Source: Escherichia phage saus132
Length of the DNA stretch: 64,000 nt
Sequence record: NC_047884.1
Direction: 5' to 3' (one strand)
Shown here: one piece after another, positions 53,584 to 64,000 of the stretch
Layout of the letters: every line of letters starts with the position of its first letter
Position numbering within the stretch: the first letter of the stretch is position 1
The notes under the pieces: model-generated
The model's database searches: none
What the model was told of the DNA's origin: nothing
What the model saw: the letters and a program-made list of their open reading frames with translations, nothing else
Position numbers and translations under genes: made by a program

Positions 53584-54026
53584 TTAAAATTAAACTAACT
53601 CATCCAGATTGCATGCCAAAGATTGGTTCTAATGATGCCGCAGGTATGGATCTGCGTGCATTCTTTGGTACTAACCTTGCAGCAGATTTACGTGCTATTG
53701 CACCAGGCAAATCCCTTATGATTGACACCGGTGTCGCGGTGGAAATTCCGCGAGGTTGGTTTGGTCTGGTAGTTCCTCGCAGCTCTTTAGGTAAGCGTAA
53801 ACTGATGATCGCAAACACCGCAGGAGTGATCGACTCAGACTACCGTGGTACTATTAAGATGAACCTTTATAACTATGGTTCTGAAATGCAAACTCTGGAG
53901 AATTTCGAGAGACTTTGTCAGCTAGTAGTACTACCACACTACTCAACTCATCATTTTGAAATCGTTGACGAACTAGAGGAGACTGATCGTGGAGAAGGCG
54001 GCTTTGGAAGCTCAGGAAGTAAGTAA
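53580..54026 (+). CDS. dut: dUTPase
   Basis: dUTPase motifs AGMDL, PRSSL, GVIDSDYRG, RGEGGFGSSG. Confidence 0.9.
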   Translation: MIKIKLTHPDCMPKIGSNDAAGMDLRAFFGTNLAADLRAIAPGKSLMIDTGVAVEIPRGWFGLVVPRSSLGKRKLMIANTAGVIDSDYRGTIKMNLYNYGSEMQTLENFERLCQLVVLPHYSTHHFEIVDELEETDRGEGGFGSSGSK

Positions 54027-54255
54027 TTTTGTTGGTCCTACTATGGTAGGAGTAGGCGTAGATCAATCTAACTTTTACAAGATTGACGTTAAATACGTTG
54101 AACCTGAGAAAATAGTACTGAGAGTTGGTGCATCTGGTGTAGTAGAACAGTGGGATGAAGAAGGATTTATCGCACTTTGCACTGAATCTCAAGATCCTAT
54201 GCTTAAAGCCATGCTAGCAGTATATAACTTAGGTAGTATTGCAGGTAGTAGATAA
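53989..54255 (+). CDS. hypothetical protein (88 aa)
   Basis: ORF overlapping dut 3' end, before bidirectional terminator. Confidence 0.35.
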   Translation: MEKAALEAQEVSNFVGPTMVGVGVDQSNFYKIDVKYVEPEKIVLRVGASGVVEQWDEEGFIALCTESQDPMLKAMLAVYNLGSIAGSR

Positions 54256-54257
54256 TA

Positions 54258-54295
54258 AGAAACCCCAGTGGACAATCCACTGGGGTTTCTTTATA
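54258..54295. terminator. bidirectional terminator between convergent early (plus) and tail (minus) transcription units
   Basis: 12-bp perfect stem AAACCCCAGTGG/CCACTGGGGTTT with A/T tracts on both sides. Confidence 0.7.
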
Positions 54296-54314
54296 TTACG
54301 TATATATATATATA

Positions 54315-55640
54315 TTATGAGTTATCTGGCGTAATGAGCTCGCTCACAAGTTTTTTCAGTTCGTCTAGCTCTTGTTCTAAAGTAGCAACTTTTAGTTTCA
54401 ATTCGTCTGTTTCCTTCTGTTGCTTATCATTATCCTCAATTATTTCTTTAATTGCGTTGGTGAGTAACGCCGTCACACCTGCATAGTTAATTGAAAGATA
54501 ATCCGTGTCTGCTACTTTGTAGACAGCTTCTGGTAAAACAGTTACAACGTCTTGAGCAATTAAACCAGCTTCTTCCGTGTAAAAAGAATGTTCGTTTTCC
54601 TCTAAGCTATTACGTTTGAAGTAGGTGTATCCCTGTAAGACTTTAACTTTATCTTTTGCGGATACTATTTCTTTTAACTGAGCTTTAAGGCGTATATCAG
54701 ATGTGCTTTGCCATGCGACGGCCGTAGCTTGTCCCGCGCTATTGAAACCATAAGATGTATTTCCAACTAGAAGACGCTGGTAGGGGTTCCCATCCCCATA
54801 AATAACAACATCAGCGCCAGATGCAAAAGTATCACCCCATCTAACTGATTTCCAAATATTTACACCGCCGTCCCTAGACGGGATTTCCACTAACAGACCA
54901 GCCGCCCGATCTCGCCATTCACCATGACCGCCAGCTTGCACTTGACCCGCTATAAGCGCACTACCGGCCCCAGCACGAACACCGTATACATACATACCAC
55001 GAGAGTCATTAGGCGCTGAACTGGAGATAGCGCGTAGGGTGGAAAATCCATTCCCATTAAAAGTACAGAGATTAAGTGAATCGGTATAAACATCTAAAAC
55101 ACCATCACTACGCTGTGCAAATCCAGTGTCACTATCACCAATAGCAATAGATCGAGCACCTAAACCCTGTGCGTCACCCGGAGTACCAATTGACATACGA
55201 TCGGTTACTGCTAATGTTGCTGTACGGGATTTGCCAGAAACACCCAAAGCGTTAATAGATAAAAGCCCTGAATTATTGAACGTACAATATGATTCTATAT
55301 TATTTGATAGATTCTTAGTGTGAATTACGGTTTGGGTTTCACCAGTGGCACCATTAATCGCATTATAAAAACGCGATTGGGAACGTGCCGAGCCTGACGT
55401 AGAATATAATGTACTATGATAGATCCCACCATTAGTAGATTCAATATCATAACGAGTAAGAGCATTAACACCGCTAAAGGTAACAGTTTGACCTTCGCCT
55501 AATCGAAGATTAGTACGAGCACCGTTTACATCTGTTGCACCTGTACCGCCAGCACCAATAGGAAGAGCTGATGTAGCGTTATCGCTATTTCTAGCAACTC
55601 GCCAATCGCCATTATTAGCAATCCGGAGTTCATATGTGGC
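54315..55640 (-). pseudogene. ltf: L-shaped tail fibre distal segment with C-terminal S74 chaperone domain; in frame with upstream segment, no own ATG/SD
   Basis: 442 sense codons directly after the TAA in the same frame; Gly-rich fibre sequence; C-terminal TSDIRLK...coiled coil matches the autoproteolytic chaperone-domain signature. Confidence 0.65.
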
Positions 55641-57242
55641 TTATGGGTTAGTAAATGCGTTATAATCACCTAAAGTAGTTCCAGTTGTTTGTCTAACAGA
55701 ATCAACGCCGAGATTCCCTCGAGCTGAAACTTTATCTGTAAGGTCCGCGAGGTTCTGGTCCTTTTTCAAAGACGCTTGCATAACCTGTGCTGCAGATGCA
55801 GCCGCTGTCTCCGCTCTATCTGCTGCACTGGTGGCGTTAGTAGCTTTCTCACTTGCCGTTGTAGCGCTACCAGCGGCCTCTGTAGCCTTTTGCGTAGCTG
55901 TGGTAGCCTTTTGTGTAGCTAAAGCCGCAGCATCTTCTGCTGCTTCTCTCAGCGGTGTCATTGCGTTCAGTGATTCAGTTTTAGCAGTATTAATAGCGTT
56001 AACACCAGCGACCTTGGCTGTGTTAACACCACCAATCGCGCTAGATTTAGCACTTCCTATTGCCGTTAACGCTGCGTCTTTTGACTGGGTAATGCTGGTT
56101 GTTGCATCCGTTTTAGCGGTATTAATTTCTCCAACAGCACCGTCTTTAATAGTTTGCGTGTCGCTCTTTAACTGCTCAACGTCGGACTTAAGATTCTGTA
56201 CTGTGATCACAGCTTGCATAGCAGTACTCGCGCTACCTGATGCAGCTTGTTGAGCTAACTTAGCAGCGTCTTCACTAGCTTTTGAGTTAATTTCGCTAGT
56301 CTTTGCATTAGTTTCTGAATTTTTTGCTGCTAATGCTGATGTAGAGGCTTGTGTAGCGAATGTTTCTGCTTCATCTCTGAATCCTTTGGATTCAGAGGCA
56401 GAGGCAGCGGATAGGGCAGCATTAGTCTCACTATTTTTTGCTGCTGCTGCATATGCTGCTGCATTAGTCTCACTAGTTTTTGCCTTAGTCTCACTAGTTT
56501 TTGCATTAGTCTCACTAGTTTTTGCATTAGTCTCACTAGTTTTTGCCTTAGTCTCACTAGTTTTTGCATTAGTCTCACTAGTTTTTGCTGCTATTTGTGA
56601 TGTAGCAGCAGCATTTTTACTTGCTAATGCATTAGTTTCGCTAGTAGCAGCATTCATAGCCGAAGTAGCTGCCGCTAATTCGGAAGCTTTAGCGTTAGTC
56701 TCTGAAACTTCAGCGTTAGTCTCAGAAGTTTTTGCTGCTGTTTGTGAAGCTGCTGCCGCATTTTTACTTGCTAATGCATTAGTTTCAGAAGTCTTGGCAT
56801 TAGTCTCAGAAGTTTTTGCGTTAGTTTCAGAAGTTTTTGCTGCGTTTTTGCTTGCTAAAGCTGCTATTTCAGAAGCCTTAGCACTAGTTTCAGAAGTCTT
56901 GGCATTAGTTTCTGAAGTTTTAGCATTTGTAGCAGAAGTTGCTGCGGCTGTTTGAGAGGCGGCAGCTGCATTTTTACTAGTTAATGCATTAGTCTCGGAA
57001 GTCTTAGCGTTTGTCTCAGAAGTTTTTGCATTGATTTCTGATGTTTTTGCAGCATTCTCAGAATCTTTTGCTGCCGCAGCAGAAGCAGCAGAGGCCTCAA
57101 CAGCCGCTGTTAGTTGACCAGCAGTAATAGAACTAATAGAATTACCTAAAACTACTGTATATTTAGGATACTTACTAGCAGTAGTTGTAGTGTCATCTAT
57201 GTTCAGAGTCTGCTGTACAATAATTTTAGTTTTAAGTGCCAT
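55641..57242 (-). CDS. ltf: L-shaped tail fibre, N-terminal 533-codon segment ending at in-frame TAA (55641-55643)
   Basis: Fibrous Ala/Thr/Ser/Asn-rich heptad repeats; first gene after the pb4-like gene; frame continues past the TAA. Confidence 0.7.
   Translation of the reverse strand: MALKTKIIVQQTLNIDDTTTTASKYPKYTVVLGNSISSITAGQLTAAVEASAASAAAAKDSENAAKTSEINAKTSETNAKTSETNALTSKNAAAASQTAAATSATNAKTSETNAKTSETSAKASEIAALASKNAAKTSETNAKTSETNAKTSETNALASKNAAAASQTAAKTSETNAEVSETNAKASELAAATSAMNAATSETNALASKNAAATSQIAAKTSETNAKTSETKAKTSETNAKTSETNAKTSETKAKTSETNAAAYAAAAKNSETNAALSAASASESKGFRDEAETFATQASTSALAAKNSETNAKTSEINSKASEDAAKLAQQAASGSASTAMQAVITVQNLKSDVEQLKSDTQTIKDGAVGEINTAKTDATTSITQSKDAALTAIGSAKSSAIGGVNTAKVAGVNAINTAKTESLNAMTPLREAAEDAAALATQKATTATQKATEAAGSATTASEKATNATSAADRAETAAASAAQVMQASLKKDQNLADLTDKVSARGNLGVDSVRQTTGTTLGDYNAFTNP
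56419..57080. repeat. tandem 21-bp repeat array inside ltf (6 near-perfect copies 56461-56586, degenerate copies flanking), encoding heptad repeats of type TSETNAK
   Basis: Direct reading: GCATTAGTCTCACTAGTTTTT / GCCTTAGTCTCACTAGTTTTT repeated head-to-tail. Confidence 0.85.
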
Positions 57243-57664
57243 TATTTAGTTACTCCATCGCTGATGTATACTTTACCTTCCATAATACGGAAAGAATTGA
57301 CTTCAGAGCCAATCACATCACGAGTCATTAGGATATCATAATAACCAGCAAAACGTTGTCTTGGGTTATACTTATCACGTTCTTTAGATGCTTTTTCACC
57401 AATATTAGTAGTGTCTACAATGGAAAGACTAATTGCAGCAGCACCTTGAGCAGCATCAATAACATGAGTTTTAAAGTTAGCTAGAACCTCGGCGTTCTCA
57501 TCTAGACTAGATTTAATAGTTCCTCGGAGTGAATATCCGGTTAAGTTAATAGGAACTTCTGTTGGTGGATATACACTGTCGTCAACATCCATAAACTGCA
57601 TGATAAGACCATAAGGCACTTTCTCATCAACAATAATATCAATAACTCGGTTTTCTGTACTCAT
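57242..57664 (-). CDS. small tail protein (140 aa), possibly collar/fibre-attachment
   Basis: Position between pb4-like and ltf genes; 1-nt ATGA overlap with ltf. Confidence 0.4.
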   Translation of the reverse strand: MSTENRVIDIIVDEKVPYGLIMQFMDVDDSVYPPTEVPINLTGYSLRGTIKSSLDENAEVLANFKTHVIDAAQGAAAISLSIVDTTNIGEKASKERDKYNPRQRFAGYYDILMTRDVIGSEVNSFRIMEGKVYISDGVTK

Positions 57665-57669
57665 TATAA

Positions 57670-59727
57670 TTACCTTATATGGATATACCCACTATTTAGG
57701 TCTATCTTCATCTTGTAGTATGCTTCAGGGTTTCCTGATAACGCAGCATTTCTATCGTATATTATATTAACACCTATTTGTGATAAGAAGGCATTTCCTG
57801 CCACAATCTTATCAGCAGTTACAGTTCCATTAACAATCATGTTGCCATGAAGAACCATTGCAGGGTTAATCCATCCACCCCCGTTCCATTGGCGGGTAAA
57901 TGCTGTTTGTGGAGCATTACTGTTAAATTGTGTTAAGACATCGTATTTAACTGGAGGTTTTCCAAAGTTATTTTGGAAGAATGCATTAGCCTGTCCATCA
58001 TCCCAACCACCTAATCCAGGAATACCCATGGAGTACATCCCAGGACCACGCTGTCCATCACGCCCTATAGTACCTTCAGTACCACTCCACTGAACCACAT
58101 CAGACCAGCTAGTACCTTCAAGAAGTTTGTTAGTAACTGGATCAAGTGTACCAGTAGTAGTATAGATATTTTGTGTCATATCTGTACGATTAGGTGGAGT
58201 TTTTGACCAACCAGGAGGTGGATAATCTTGTTCTAGCGGTTTGGTGGGTAGAGATGTTGCTAACTTATAAACAAATACTGTTTGTTTACCCTGTAATCCA
58301 GTACCAATATCTACGTCACCATTTGGTGTTCCAATTACTACACCACTAGAAATACGTAGGGTAGTACCATCATAACGTATCCATTGTGTAGCATTACCAA
58401 TATCTAATTTAGCTTTGGCAGAGGTATTATCCATGCCCATCCAAATACCAGAGTTATTATCTCCCCAAGATTTACCTTGAGTGTAAATTGCTGGATTATC
58501 TTTACCAGACAAGTTAGTCATAATAAAGTTTGCAGCATTAATATCTCTAGTGATTACTTTACCATCAACGTTAACAACACGGTTTATAGGGTCGAAAGAA
58601 ATAGGTGCTTTACCTTCTCTATCTAGCAGACCAATGTTAATAGCACCAGTAGCTGCATCAATTAGGAATGTTTGTCTCCATATTTCCCCATCTTTCATAC
58701 TACCCTTAATAAAGGCATAGTTAACATCAATACCCGTCTCATTGACAAAACTATTATCTAGAGGAGTATCTTCATTCAGAATAAATGTTACAGGAGCTGA
58801 TTCTGTTATATCTTGTTTGTTTGGTCCCCAGGCAATTGATGAAACCTTAAAGGTATGTTCAACTTTCCATGGGAATGATATAATCGTTGCAGCTCTAGCA
58901 GCACCCACGTTTATCTTTTGAGCTTTAGCCCATCCGGTTTTAGCGTATTCCTCGGAGTTTATATAAGTAACCAAGAACTCACGAACATTAGCACCAGCAC
59001 CGCGTTCCCAATCCCACTCAATTCTAACATCATATCGTTCTTTACCATCAGCAATTCGTGCAGCTTTAAAAACAATATCGATAGGTGCAGTAGGAGGAAC
59101 AAAATTATAAGCTACAGTTAGAATACTAGGGGACTCATAGTAACCAGAAGAATCAACTGTAACACCATCAGGCATAGTTACTTGACCAGATATTCTGATC
59201 TTATAATCTCCGATAGGAACTCCACCAAATTTAATAGTAGAACCTAAAGCCCCAATGTAATACTTAGTCCAAGGACTATCTTCCGTGGCTGTACTTTTTA
59301 ACTCAATAGTACAGTAACTTGCTTCACCAGTAGTTTCCACAACAACTATCGGTGCGCCCACCCCAACATCCACTGGTTCTGACTCAGACCTTGCTGTAAC
59401 AATTATTGGCTTCTCTTTTGTTTTAAAGTTAGTTTCATTAGAGAGGTTAATACCAATTTTTGCATTTAAAAGTTCTGAGTCAATAATTGAGTCATAAAAA
59501 GCTCCCTGAACCTGATAGGTAGTTGAGGGAGTTAAATTATTGATCATAACAAAGAAAGTGTCGATCCCAGTGAAATCTCTTCTATCCACTTCTTCGCCAA
59601 GTTTAAGCCAGAATGATCTACCGATAACATCGTAGTCGGTATAGATAGAATGCTGGATATACGCCATCGTATACCCAGTCATAATACTATTTAAGACCAT
59701 CTTGGCTGGTGCATTATTAGAAATCAT
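57670..59727 (-). CDS. tail baseplate protein, T5 pb4-like (685 aa)
   Basis: Size and gene order relative to T5 (pb4 about 688 aa). Confidence 0.55.
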   Translation of the reverse strand: MISNNAPAKMVLNSIMTGYTMAYIQHSIYTDYDVIGRSFWLKLGEEVDRRDFTGIDTFFVMINNLTPSTTYQVQGAFYDSIIDSELLNAKIGINLSNETNFKTKEKPIIVTARSESEPVDVGVGAPIVVVETTGEASYCTIELKSTATEDSPWTKYYIGALGSTIKFGGVPIGDYKIRISGQVTMPDGVTVDSSGYYESPSILTVAYNFVPPTAPIDIVFKAARIADGKERYDVRIEWDWERGAGANVREFLVTYINSEEYAKTGWAKAQKINVGAARAATIISFPWKVEHTFKVSSIAWGPNKQDITESAPVTFILNEDTPLDNSFVNETGIDVNYAFIKGSMKDGEIWRQTFLIDAATGAINIGLLDREGKAPISFDPINRVVNVDGKVITRDINAANFIMTNLSGKDNPAIYTQGKSWGDNNSGIWMGMDNTSAKAKLDIGNATQWIRYDGTTLRISSGVVIGTPNGDVDIGTGLQGKQTVFVYKLATSLPTKPLEQDYPPPGWSKTPPNRTDMTQNIYTTTGTLDPVTNKLLEGTSWSDVVQWSGTEGTIGRDGQRGPGMYSMGIPGLGGWDDGQANAFFQNNFGKPPVKYDVLTQFNSNAPQTAFTRQWNGGGWINPAMVLHGNMIVNGTVTADKIVAGNAFLSQIGVNIIYDRNAALSGNPEAYYKMKIDLNSGYIHIR

Positions 59728-62577
59728 TTAAATAGATGCCCAATCCACAGATTGCTCGCCATTATCACCTTCTGCTCTTATACGGAAGCGTAACTTCCTA
59801 TTAATACCTAGAGCATCCTCGTTATGAAGAGCATAGTCTGCCTTATTGTATATCAGTAGATAATCGTAGACATACTGATCTTCAATTCGTACACTTCTTA
59901 ATAAACGATCTAGGTTATCGTAGATTTCGAGAGTGTAGAAGATTCCATCAATGATATCTTCTTCTGGAATTCTATCCCAGGCCAACTTAACGTCTGGTCC
60001 TACAAACTCCGATGCATCTCCTGAAGCTGTATTAGTAACCCTGAAATTACTAACGACGCTTAAGTTTTTAGCAGAGTTAAGTTCTACCGATAGTGTTACA
60101 GGAGAACTTCGTCTACCATTAATATCTACAGCTCTAATCTCAAAGACTGCTAAACCAGCAGGTTCTCCAATAATTTCTTGGATCATTCGTAGATTTGGAT
60201 TAGTTTCTAGTTGCTGTACGATATAAGGATCAGCATGTCCAGAATGAACGATGGAGTAATAAACAACGTTATTAGTTAAGCTAGGAAGCCAAGATAGCTC
60301 ACCATTCTTACCAATAGATCCTACTTGTCCACCCGGTGTTGGTGTGTACATAAAGTCTCTAGGGGGCAGTACGTTATTACTAACATCAGGGATATCGTTA
60401 CCACTATTATCAACCTGCTCGGAGTTAATGAATACATCCTCACCATACTCTTGCAGTGTAATATTAATCTTACCTTCTCTAGAGTTTTCAACTTCATCAA
60501 CTAGGAAGTATTTCTTATCCCAACCATAACGACCATATGTAAAAGCAACCGGATCGTTAGGCTCAATACCTATGAAATGATATGGTAATGAGAATGTGAG
60601 AGTTCGTGAGTAACGAGATTTTTTCAGTTCTCTATCTGCAAAGCTACGTGCAGTATAATAGTTAGTGATGTTTGCAAAAGAAAGCTGAAGTTTTTTATCT
60701 AATCCTTTATCTTGTTCTTTAAATACAGAATTAAAGAATGTGATAGAGTTAGTTTTCCAACTTAATGCAGGATCTAATATAGAGGCTTGTACTGAGTTGA
60801 ATTTATTTCTGCCAGTAGTATCTGACAATTCCAGATCACCATAGGTATCTAAGAAGTCAATCTCCAGTGGAGTATTCGAGAACTTCTCAACAGTTATTCT
60901 ATACTGACCAGATAAGTTGTTGATAGCACCCCCATAAGACTCTATTAATCCCTGCACGTTTTTAAATACTGACTCAGAGGTATCGAGAATAGTGTTCATT
61001 TGAACTATTTGTCTATTCTCTCCTACAGCATCAGTCCATCCAACGTATCTCCAGTAGGGTTGCCAAGAAACCTGATAGGATTCATCAATTATATCCAGAA
61101 TAGCTGCTTCTTGAATAAGTTGCTGGAGAGGGAACTGATCAATAGTGATATTAGCACCATAGCGATCAGAGGTTAGGTAGTCCAGAGTTTGCCAGATACC
61201 ATTTAAGCTAGTCTTATCAGCAGTTACTCTACCATCTGAATGATAGATCTTAATCTTCTTACCTTGAACTTCAGCGCTAACTTCTGGAATTTCTGTTCTG
61301 TTTTCATTAATAGTAAAGCGAACAATAGCGTAAGCAGTATCTAACAGTTTATAACGAGAGTCCCAGTATTCTGGTCCATTCTCATTCATGTTCTGTAGGT
61401 AGAAACCTTTCTCTTTTGCAATGTTAACTAGAACATCCGCAGCAGATTGGTCTGCTTTACCATGATAAGTCCAGATACGTATATCGCCATTACCATCGTT
61501 ATACCTATATTCCTGTCCATGAACAGAGGGTTCAGAGCTTGATTGACCAGAAGCAATACGTTGCATGGTATCTCCAGCTACTTTCTTAGTACCAAAGCAA
61601 GTACGAGACTTACTATCGTTAGGATCAATACAGATCATTGGTACATCACCAAAGTAGAAATCTAGAAATCCATCAATCTCACCCTCACAGAAGGCGTATA
61701 CTATATATACGATATTAGGGTTATGCAGCTCAGTATCCGCAAATACGGGGATTCCAGGGATTTTCTGAGTTCCATACACTACTGGAAGGAACTTAGCCGC
61801 TAAGTTAAAATCGATGTCAACTTCCTTAGTCACAGTCTCATAGTATTTCTTTAGGCTATAGCTTCTAGAAAGACCAAATAACTTTTTCTTAGACTGTAAC
61901 TTGTAACGCTCTTCCTGAACCTGATATTTAGCAAGAATAGAAATACTCTTGTTAGCGTGGAAGAATCCATAGTCCTCTTGATATTCAGGTCGCTTAGCAC
62001 CATTAGATGGAACTAATTGGCCAGCAACAATCTCAAGTCCCCTATGGTCAGCATCGTCTGTGAAACGTCCGTTTACTCTATCAAAGTCGTAAAACTGGTT
62101 CGAACAGTTCCATGTGATAGTGGATGTGCTAATTCCAGAAGTACCAATGTTATCCTTAATACCACCACCAGTGATTTTACCACGGAAGTAAAGTAAAGGA
62201 CCATTAGTGTCTGGATCTACAGGAAGAATGTTACCTTCTTCATCAATAACCGCTTGATGGATTGAGATGGATCTATCTAGGAATGATACACCATTTTGGA
62301 CTAGTTTTAATACTTCATCCTCAGCAGTACCTGTGATAGTAAAAGAAAGACTACCAATGGAAAGATCTCTATTTTGTTTATGTGTTGTTATAGACTTAAC
62401 CTTACCGGATGTATAAAGAATCCCATTATATCTTACATCTCTAAAATAATCTGTAAGATATATGTAGGCAGAACTTGATCCAGTAGAGCTTGGCAATTCA
62501 AGAGTAATAAGGCATGCAGTTTTTATTTTATTATTAGTTCTTAAATACTCTCTTGCACTGTCAAGAATTTTCTTCAT
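59728..62577 (-). CDS. baseplate hub protein, T5 pb3-like (949 aa)
   Basis: Length identical to T5 pb3 as recalled; gene order. Confidence 0.6.
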   Translation of the reverse strand: MKKILDSAREYLRTNNKIKTACLITLELPSSTGSSSAYIYLTDYFRDVRYNGILYTSGKVKSITTHKQNRDLSIGSLSFTITGTAEDEVLKLVQNGVSFLDRSISIHQAVIDEEGNILPVDPDTNGPLLYFRGKITGGGIKDNIGTSGISTSTITWNCSNQFYDFDRVNGRFTDDADHRGLEIVAGQLVPSNGAKRPEYQEDYGFFHANKSISILAKYQVQEERYKLQSKKKLFGLSRSYSLKKYYETVTKEVDIDFNLAAKFLPVVYGTQKIPGIPVFADTELHNPNIVYIVYAFCEGEIDGFLDFYFGDVPMICIDPNDSKSRTCFGTKKVAGDTMQRIASGQSSSEPSVHGQEYRYNDGNGDIRIWTYHGKADQSAADVLVNIAKEKGFYLQNMNENGPEYWDSRYKLLDTAYAIVRFTINENRTEIPEVSAEVQGKKIKIYHSDGRVTADKTSLNGIWQTLDYLTSDRYGANITIDQFPLQQLIQEAAILDIIDESYQVSWQPYWRYVGWTDAVGENRQIVQMNTILDTSESVFKNVQGLIESYGGAINNLSGQYRITVEKFSNTPLEIDFLDTYGDLELSDTTGRNKFNSVQASILDPALSWKTNSITFFNSVFKEQDKGLDKKLQLSFANITNYYTARSFADRELKKSRYSRTLTFSLPYHFIGIEPNDPVAFTYGRYGWDKKYFLVDEVENSREGKINITLQEYGEDVFINSEQVDNSGNDIPDVSNNVLPPRDFMYTPTPGGQVGSIGKNGELSWLPSLTNNVVYYSIVHSGHADPYIVQQLETNPNLRMIQEIIGEPAGLAVFEIRAVDINGRRSSPVTLSVELNSAKNLSVVSNFRVTNTASGDASEFVGPDVKLAWDRIPEEDIIDGIFYTLEIYDNLDRLLRSVRIEDQYVYDYLLIYNKADYALHNEDALGINRKLRFRIRAEGDNGEQSVDWASI

Positions 62578-63188
62578 AGACTTTCCCTCAAGGAAAGTGA
62601 AATACCAGTATATGTACCATTGCTATTTAACGTAGAGCCGAAGCTATCTCCATTCATTAATTTAGTTCTAAATAGAATACCATTAAATACCGGTTTCTCA
62701 CTACCCGTAGTAGTAATGAATAGATCAGGATAAACACTTATATTCCAAGTATTTCCTGCTGTGTTGATAGAAGTGATTTTATACACTTTTGGATGATTGG
62801 ACAACTTAAATAAATCGCCTGGTTTAGGCAGTCCACGAAGTGTACCTTTAGTGTACATAATAACTGTTGAACCTTTTTGTCCAGCAGGAATATTTACAGC
62901 ACTAGTATCACCACGAACTCGGAAAGCCTCATATTGTGGTAATAACACATCAATATAGCTACCTGTTCTTTTATAATCTAGGATGAATGAGTCTAATTTA
63001 GCAAATTCATCTGGGAATAATTCTGGATAAGAGATATTAATACCCCAATATTGAGCAGACACCTTAACCTCCCTAACTTTACCATTGGGTAATTCATCAC
63101 GAATCATAGGGTCATTGTCTACTAAGTTAACGCTTTCAAAACCTAACCCTGATAGCTCTGGGTTCGTGTATGGGTCTGGTAGTCTCAT
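62574..63188 (-). CDS. distal tail protein, T5 pb9-like (204 aa)
   Basis: Length identical to T5 pb9 as recalled; follows tape measure gene. Confidence 0.55.
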   Translation of the reverse strand: MRLPDPYTNPELSGLGFESVNLVDNDPMIRDELPNGKVREVKVSAQYWGINISYPELFPDEFAKLDSFILDYKRTGSYIDVLLPQYEAFRVRGDTSAVNIPAGQKGSTVIMYTKGTLRGLPKPGDLFKLSNHPKVYKITSINTAGNTWNISVYPDLFITTTGSEKPVFNGILFRTKLMNGDSFGSTLNSNGTYTGISLSLRESL

Positions 63189-63214
63189 AGTTAATTTCTC
63201 CTCTTAATAACAAT

Positions 63215-63243
63215 ATTATAATAGGATTGGAAAATTTTATCAA
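63215..63243 (-). promoter_or_regulatory. promoter-like element upstream of pb9-like gene
   Basis: Minus strand -35 TTGATA, 17 bp, -10 TATAAT, SD GAGGAG. Confidence 0.4.
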
Positions 63244-63261
63244 GAAATTTTTATTTTTCCA

Positions 63262-63290
63262 TAAAGAAAAGGAGGACATAAAGTCCTCCT
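63262..63290 (-). terminator. hairpin with U tract directly after tape-measure stop codon
   Basis: Stem GGAGGAC/GTCCTCC followed by UUUUCUUU on minus strand. Confidence 0.45.
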
Positions 63291-63296
63291 CCAGTA

Positions 63297-64000
63297 TTAA
63301 GAATTACCAAGTGATTTCAGGGTGGTTCCATTCTCATTAAGAGCCTGTTCCACGGCATCCCTGAAAGCAGCACTGTTACTCGAAGCAAAGTCTCGGAAGC
63401 TAGCCGCATCCATCGTACTGATGTTCAGCACAATAGGTCTACCCGATGTACTCTTTGAAGATCCTTTGAGTTCATCAGTAGGAGTAGCCTTCATCGGAAC
63501 CATAGGAGTGATTACTTCGGTACCATGCTCACCCATCTGGTAACTAACTCCAGGGTACATATTACCACCTTCTGCACGAGGTACGAAAGAGTTCGCATTA
63601 CCAATCCCTTGATCTCCTCTAATATAAGAAAGTTCTCCTGCGTTAGCCGACATAGAAACGTCCACGTTCTTCTGGCGCTCTCCAAGAGACAAGTATTGAG
63701 CTGTATCAGTACCCGAGTCTCCAATAGAAGACATACCAGATGCAGAGGATGCTTGTGCAAGAGACAATGCACCTGCAACACCTGCGGCAATCATAAGAGG
63801 AATAGACCAGGGGTAGGGAACAGCTGTTGCTGCTTGCATCACCGCTACTGCCGTCTGAATAATGATTTGCTTCTTAGCTGCATCCTGCTGGATCTTAACC
63901 TTTTCCGCTTCCAGTTTCTTGAGCTTAGCTTTAGATGCTTCGGATTTACCGTCACGTTTTTGCTCTGCTGCAATAGCCTGATCAATAGCGGATACTTGAT
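63297..64000 (-). CDS. tail tape measure protein (pb2-like), C-terminal part; gene continues beyond window end
   Basis: Frame open to the window edge; Ala/Ser/Gly-rich C-terminus; position upstream of pb9-like gene. Confidence 0.55.
   Translation of the reverse strand, partial: QVSAIDQAIAAEQKRDGKSEASKAKLKKLEAEKVKIQQDAAKKQIIIQTAVAVMQAATAVPYPWSIPLMIAAGVAGALSLAQASSASGMSSIGDSGTDTAQYLSLGERQKNVDVSMSANAGELSYIRGDQGIGNANSFVPRAEGGNMYPGVSYQMGEHGTEVITPMVPMKATPTDELKGSSKSTSGRPIVLNISTMDAASFRDFASSNSAAFRDAVEQALNENGTTLKSLGNS

Noticed and set aside
55831-56955. ORFs 55831-56253 (+), 56330-56578 (-) and 56386-56955 (+) inside the ltf repeat region
   Set aside because: Alternative frames and antisense of low-complexity repeat DNA within the tail-fibre gene.
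56419-57080. Possible CRISPR array suggested by regular 21-bp direct repeats
   Set aside because: Repeats are head-to-tail with no spacers, in frame inside the tail-fibre coding sequence, and encode heptad repeats.

Overview
This window reads as a T5-like siphovirus (Tequintavirus-type) genome segment, with three blocks. (1) 1-25.3 kb, mostly minus strand: a tRNA gene cluster (about 19 tRNA genes parsed by hand) interleaved with small ORFs, then early genes including an NAD+ salvage pair (PnuC transporter, NadR-like NMN adenylyltransferase/ribosylnicotinamide kinase), an SPFH protein, RNase H, an HslV-like Ntn hydrolase, thymidylate synthase, DHFR, class I RNR (NrdB, NrdA, with an HNH endonuclease between them) and PhoH. 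(2) 25.5-54.3 kb, plus strand: anaerobic RNR NrdD, a SIR2-like protein, helicases, a two-part NAD-dependent DNA ligase, primase, family A DNA polymerase (855 aa), SbcCD-like nuclease, flap endonuclease (291 aa) and dUTPase. (3) 54.3-64 kb, minus strand: start of the tail module (L-shaped tail fibre, then proteins matching T5 pb4, pb3, pb9 by length and order, and the 3' end of the tape measure gene). Nearly every early transcription unit is preceded by the same sigma70-type promoter plus conserved 5' UTR cassette. The most notable observations are two in-frame TAA stop codons interrupting otherwise continuous reading frames (the tail-fibre gene and a Toprim-domain gene), a phage-borne NAD+ salvage plus SIR2-like gene set, and several promoter-driven ORF-free regions. 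All calls are from manual motif reading; no database search, tRNA scanner or RNA folding was run, and family assignments to T5 proteins rest on recalled lengths and gene order.
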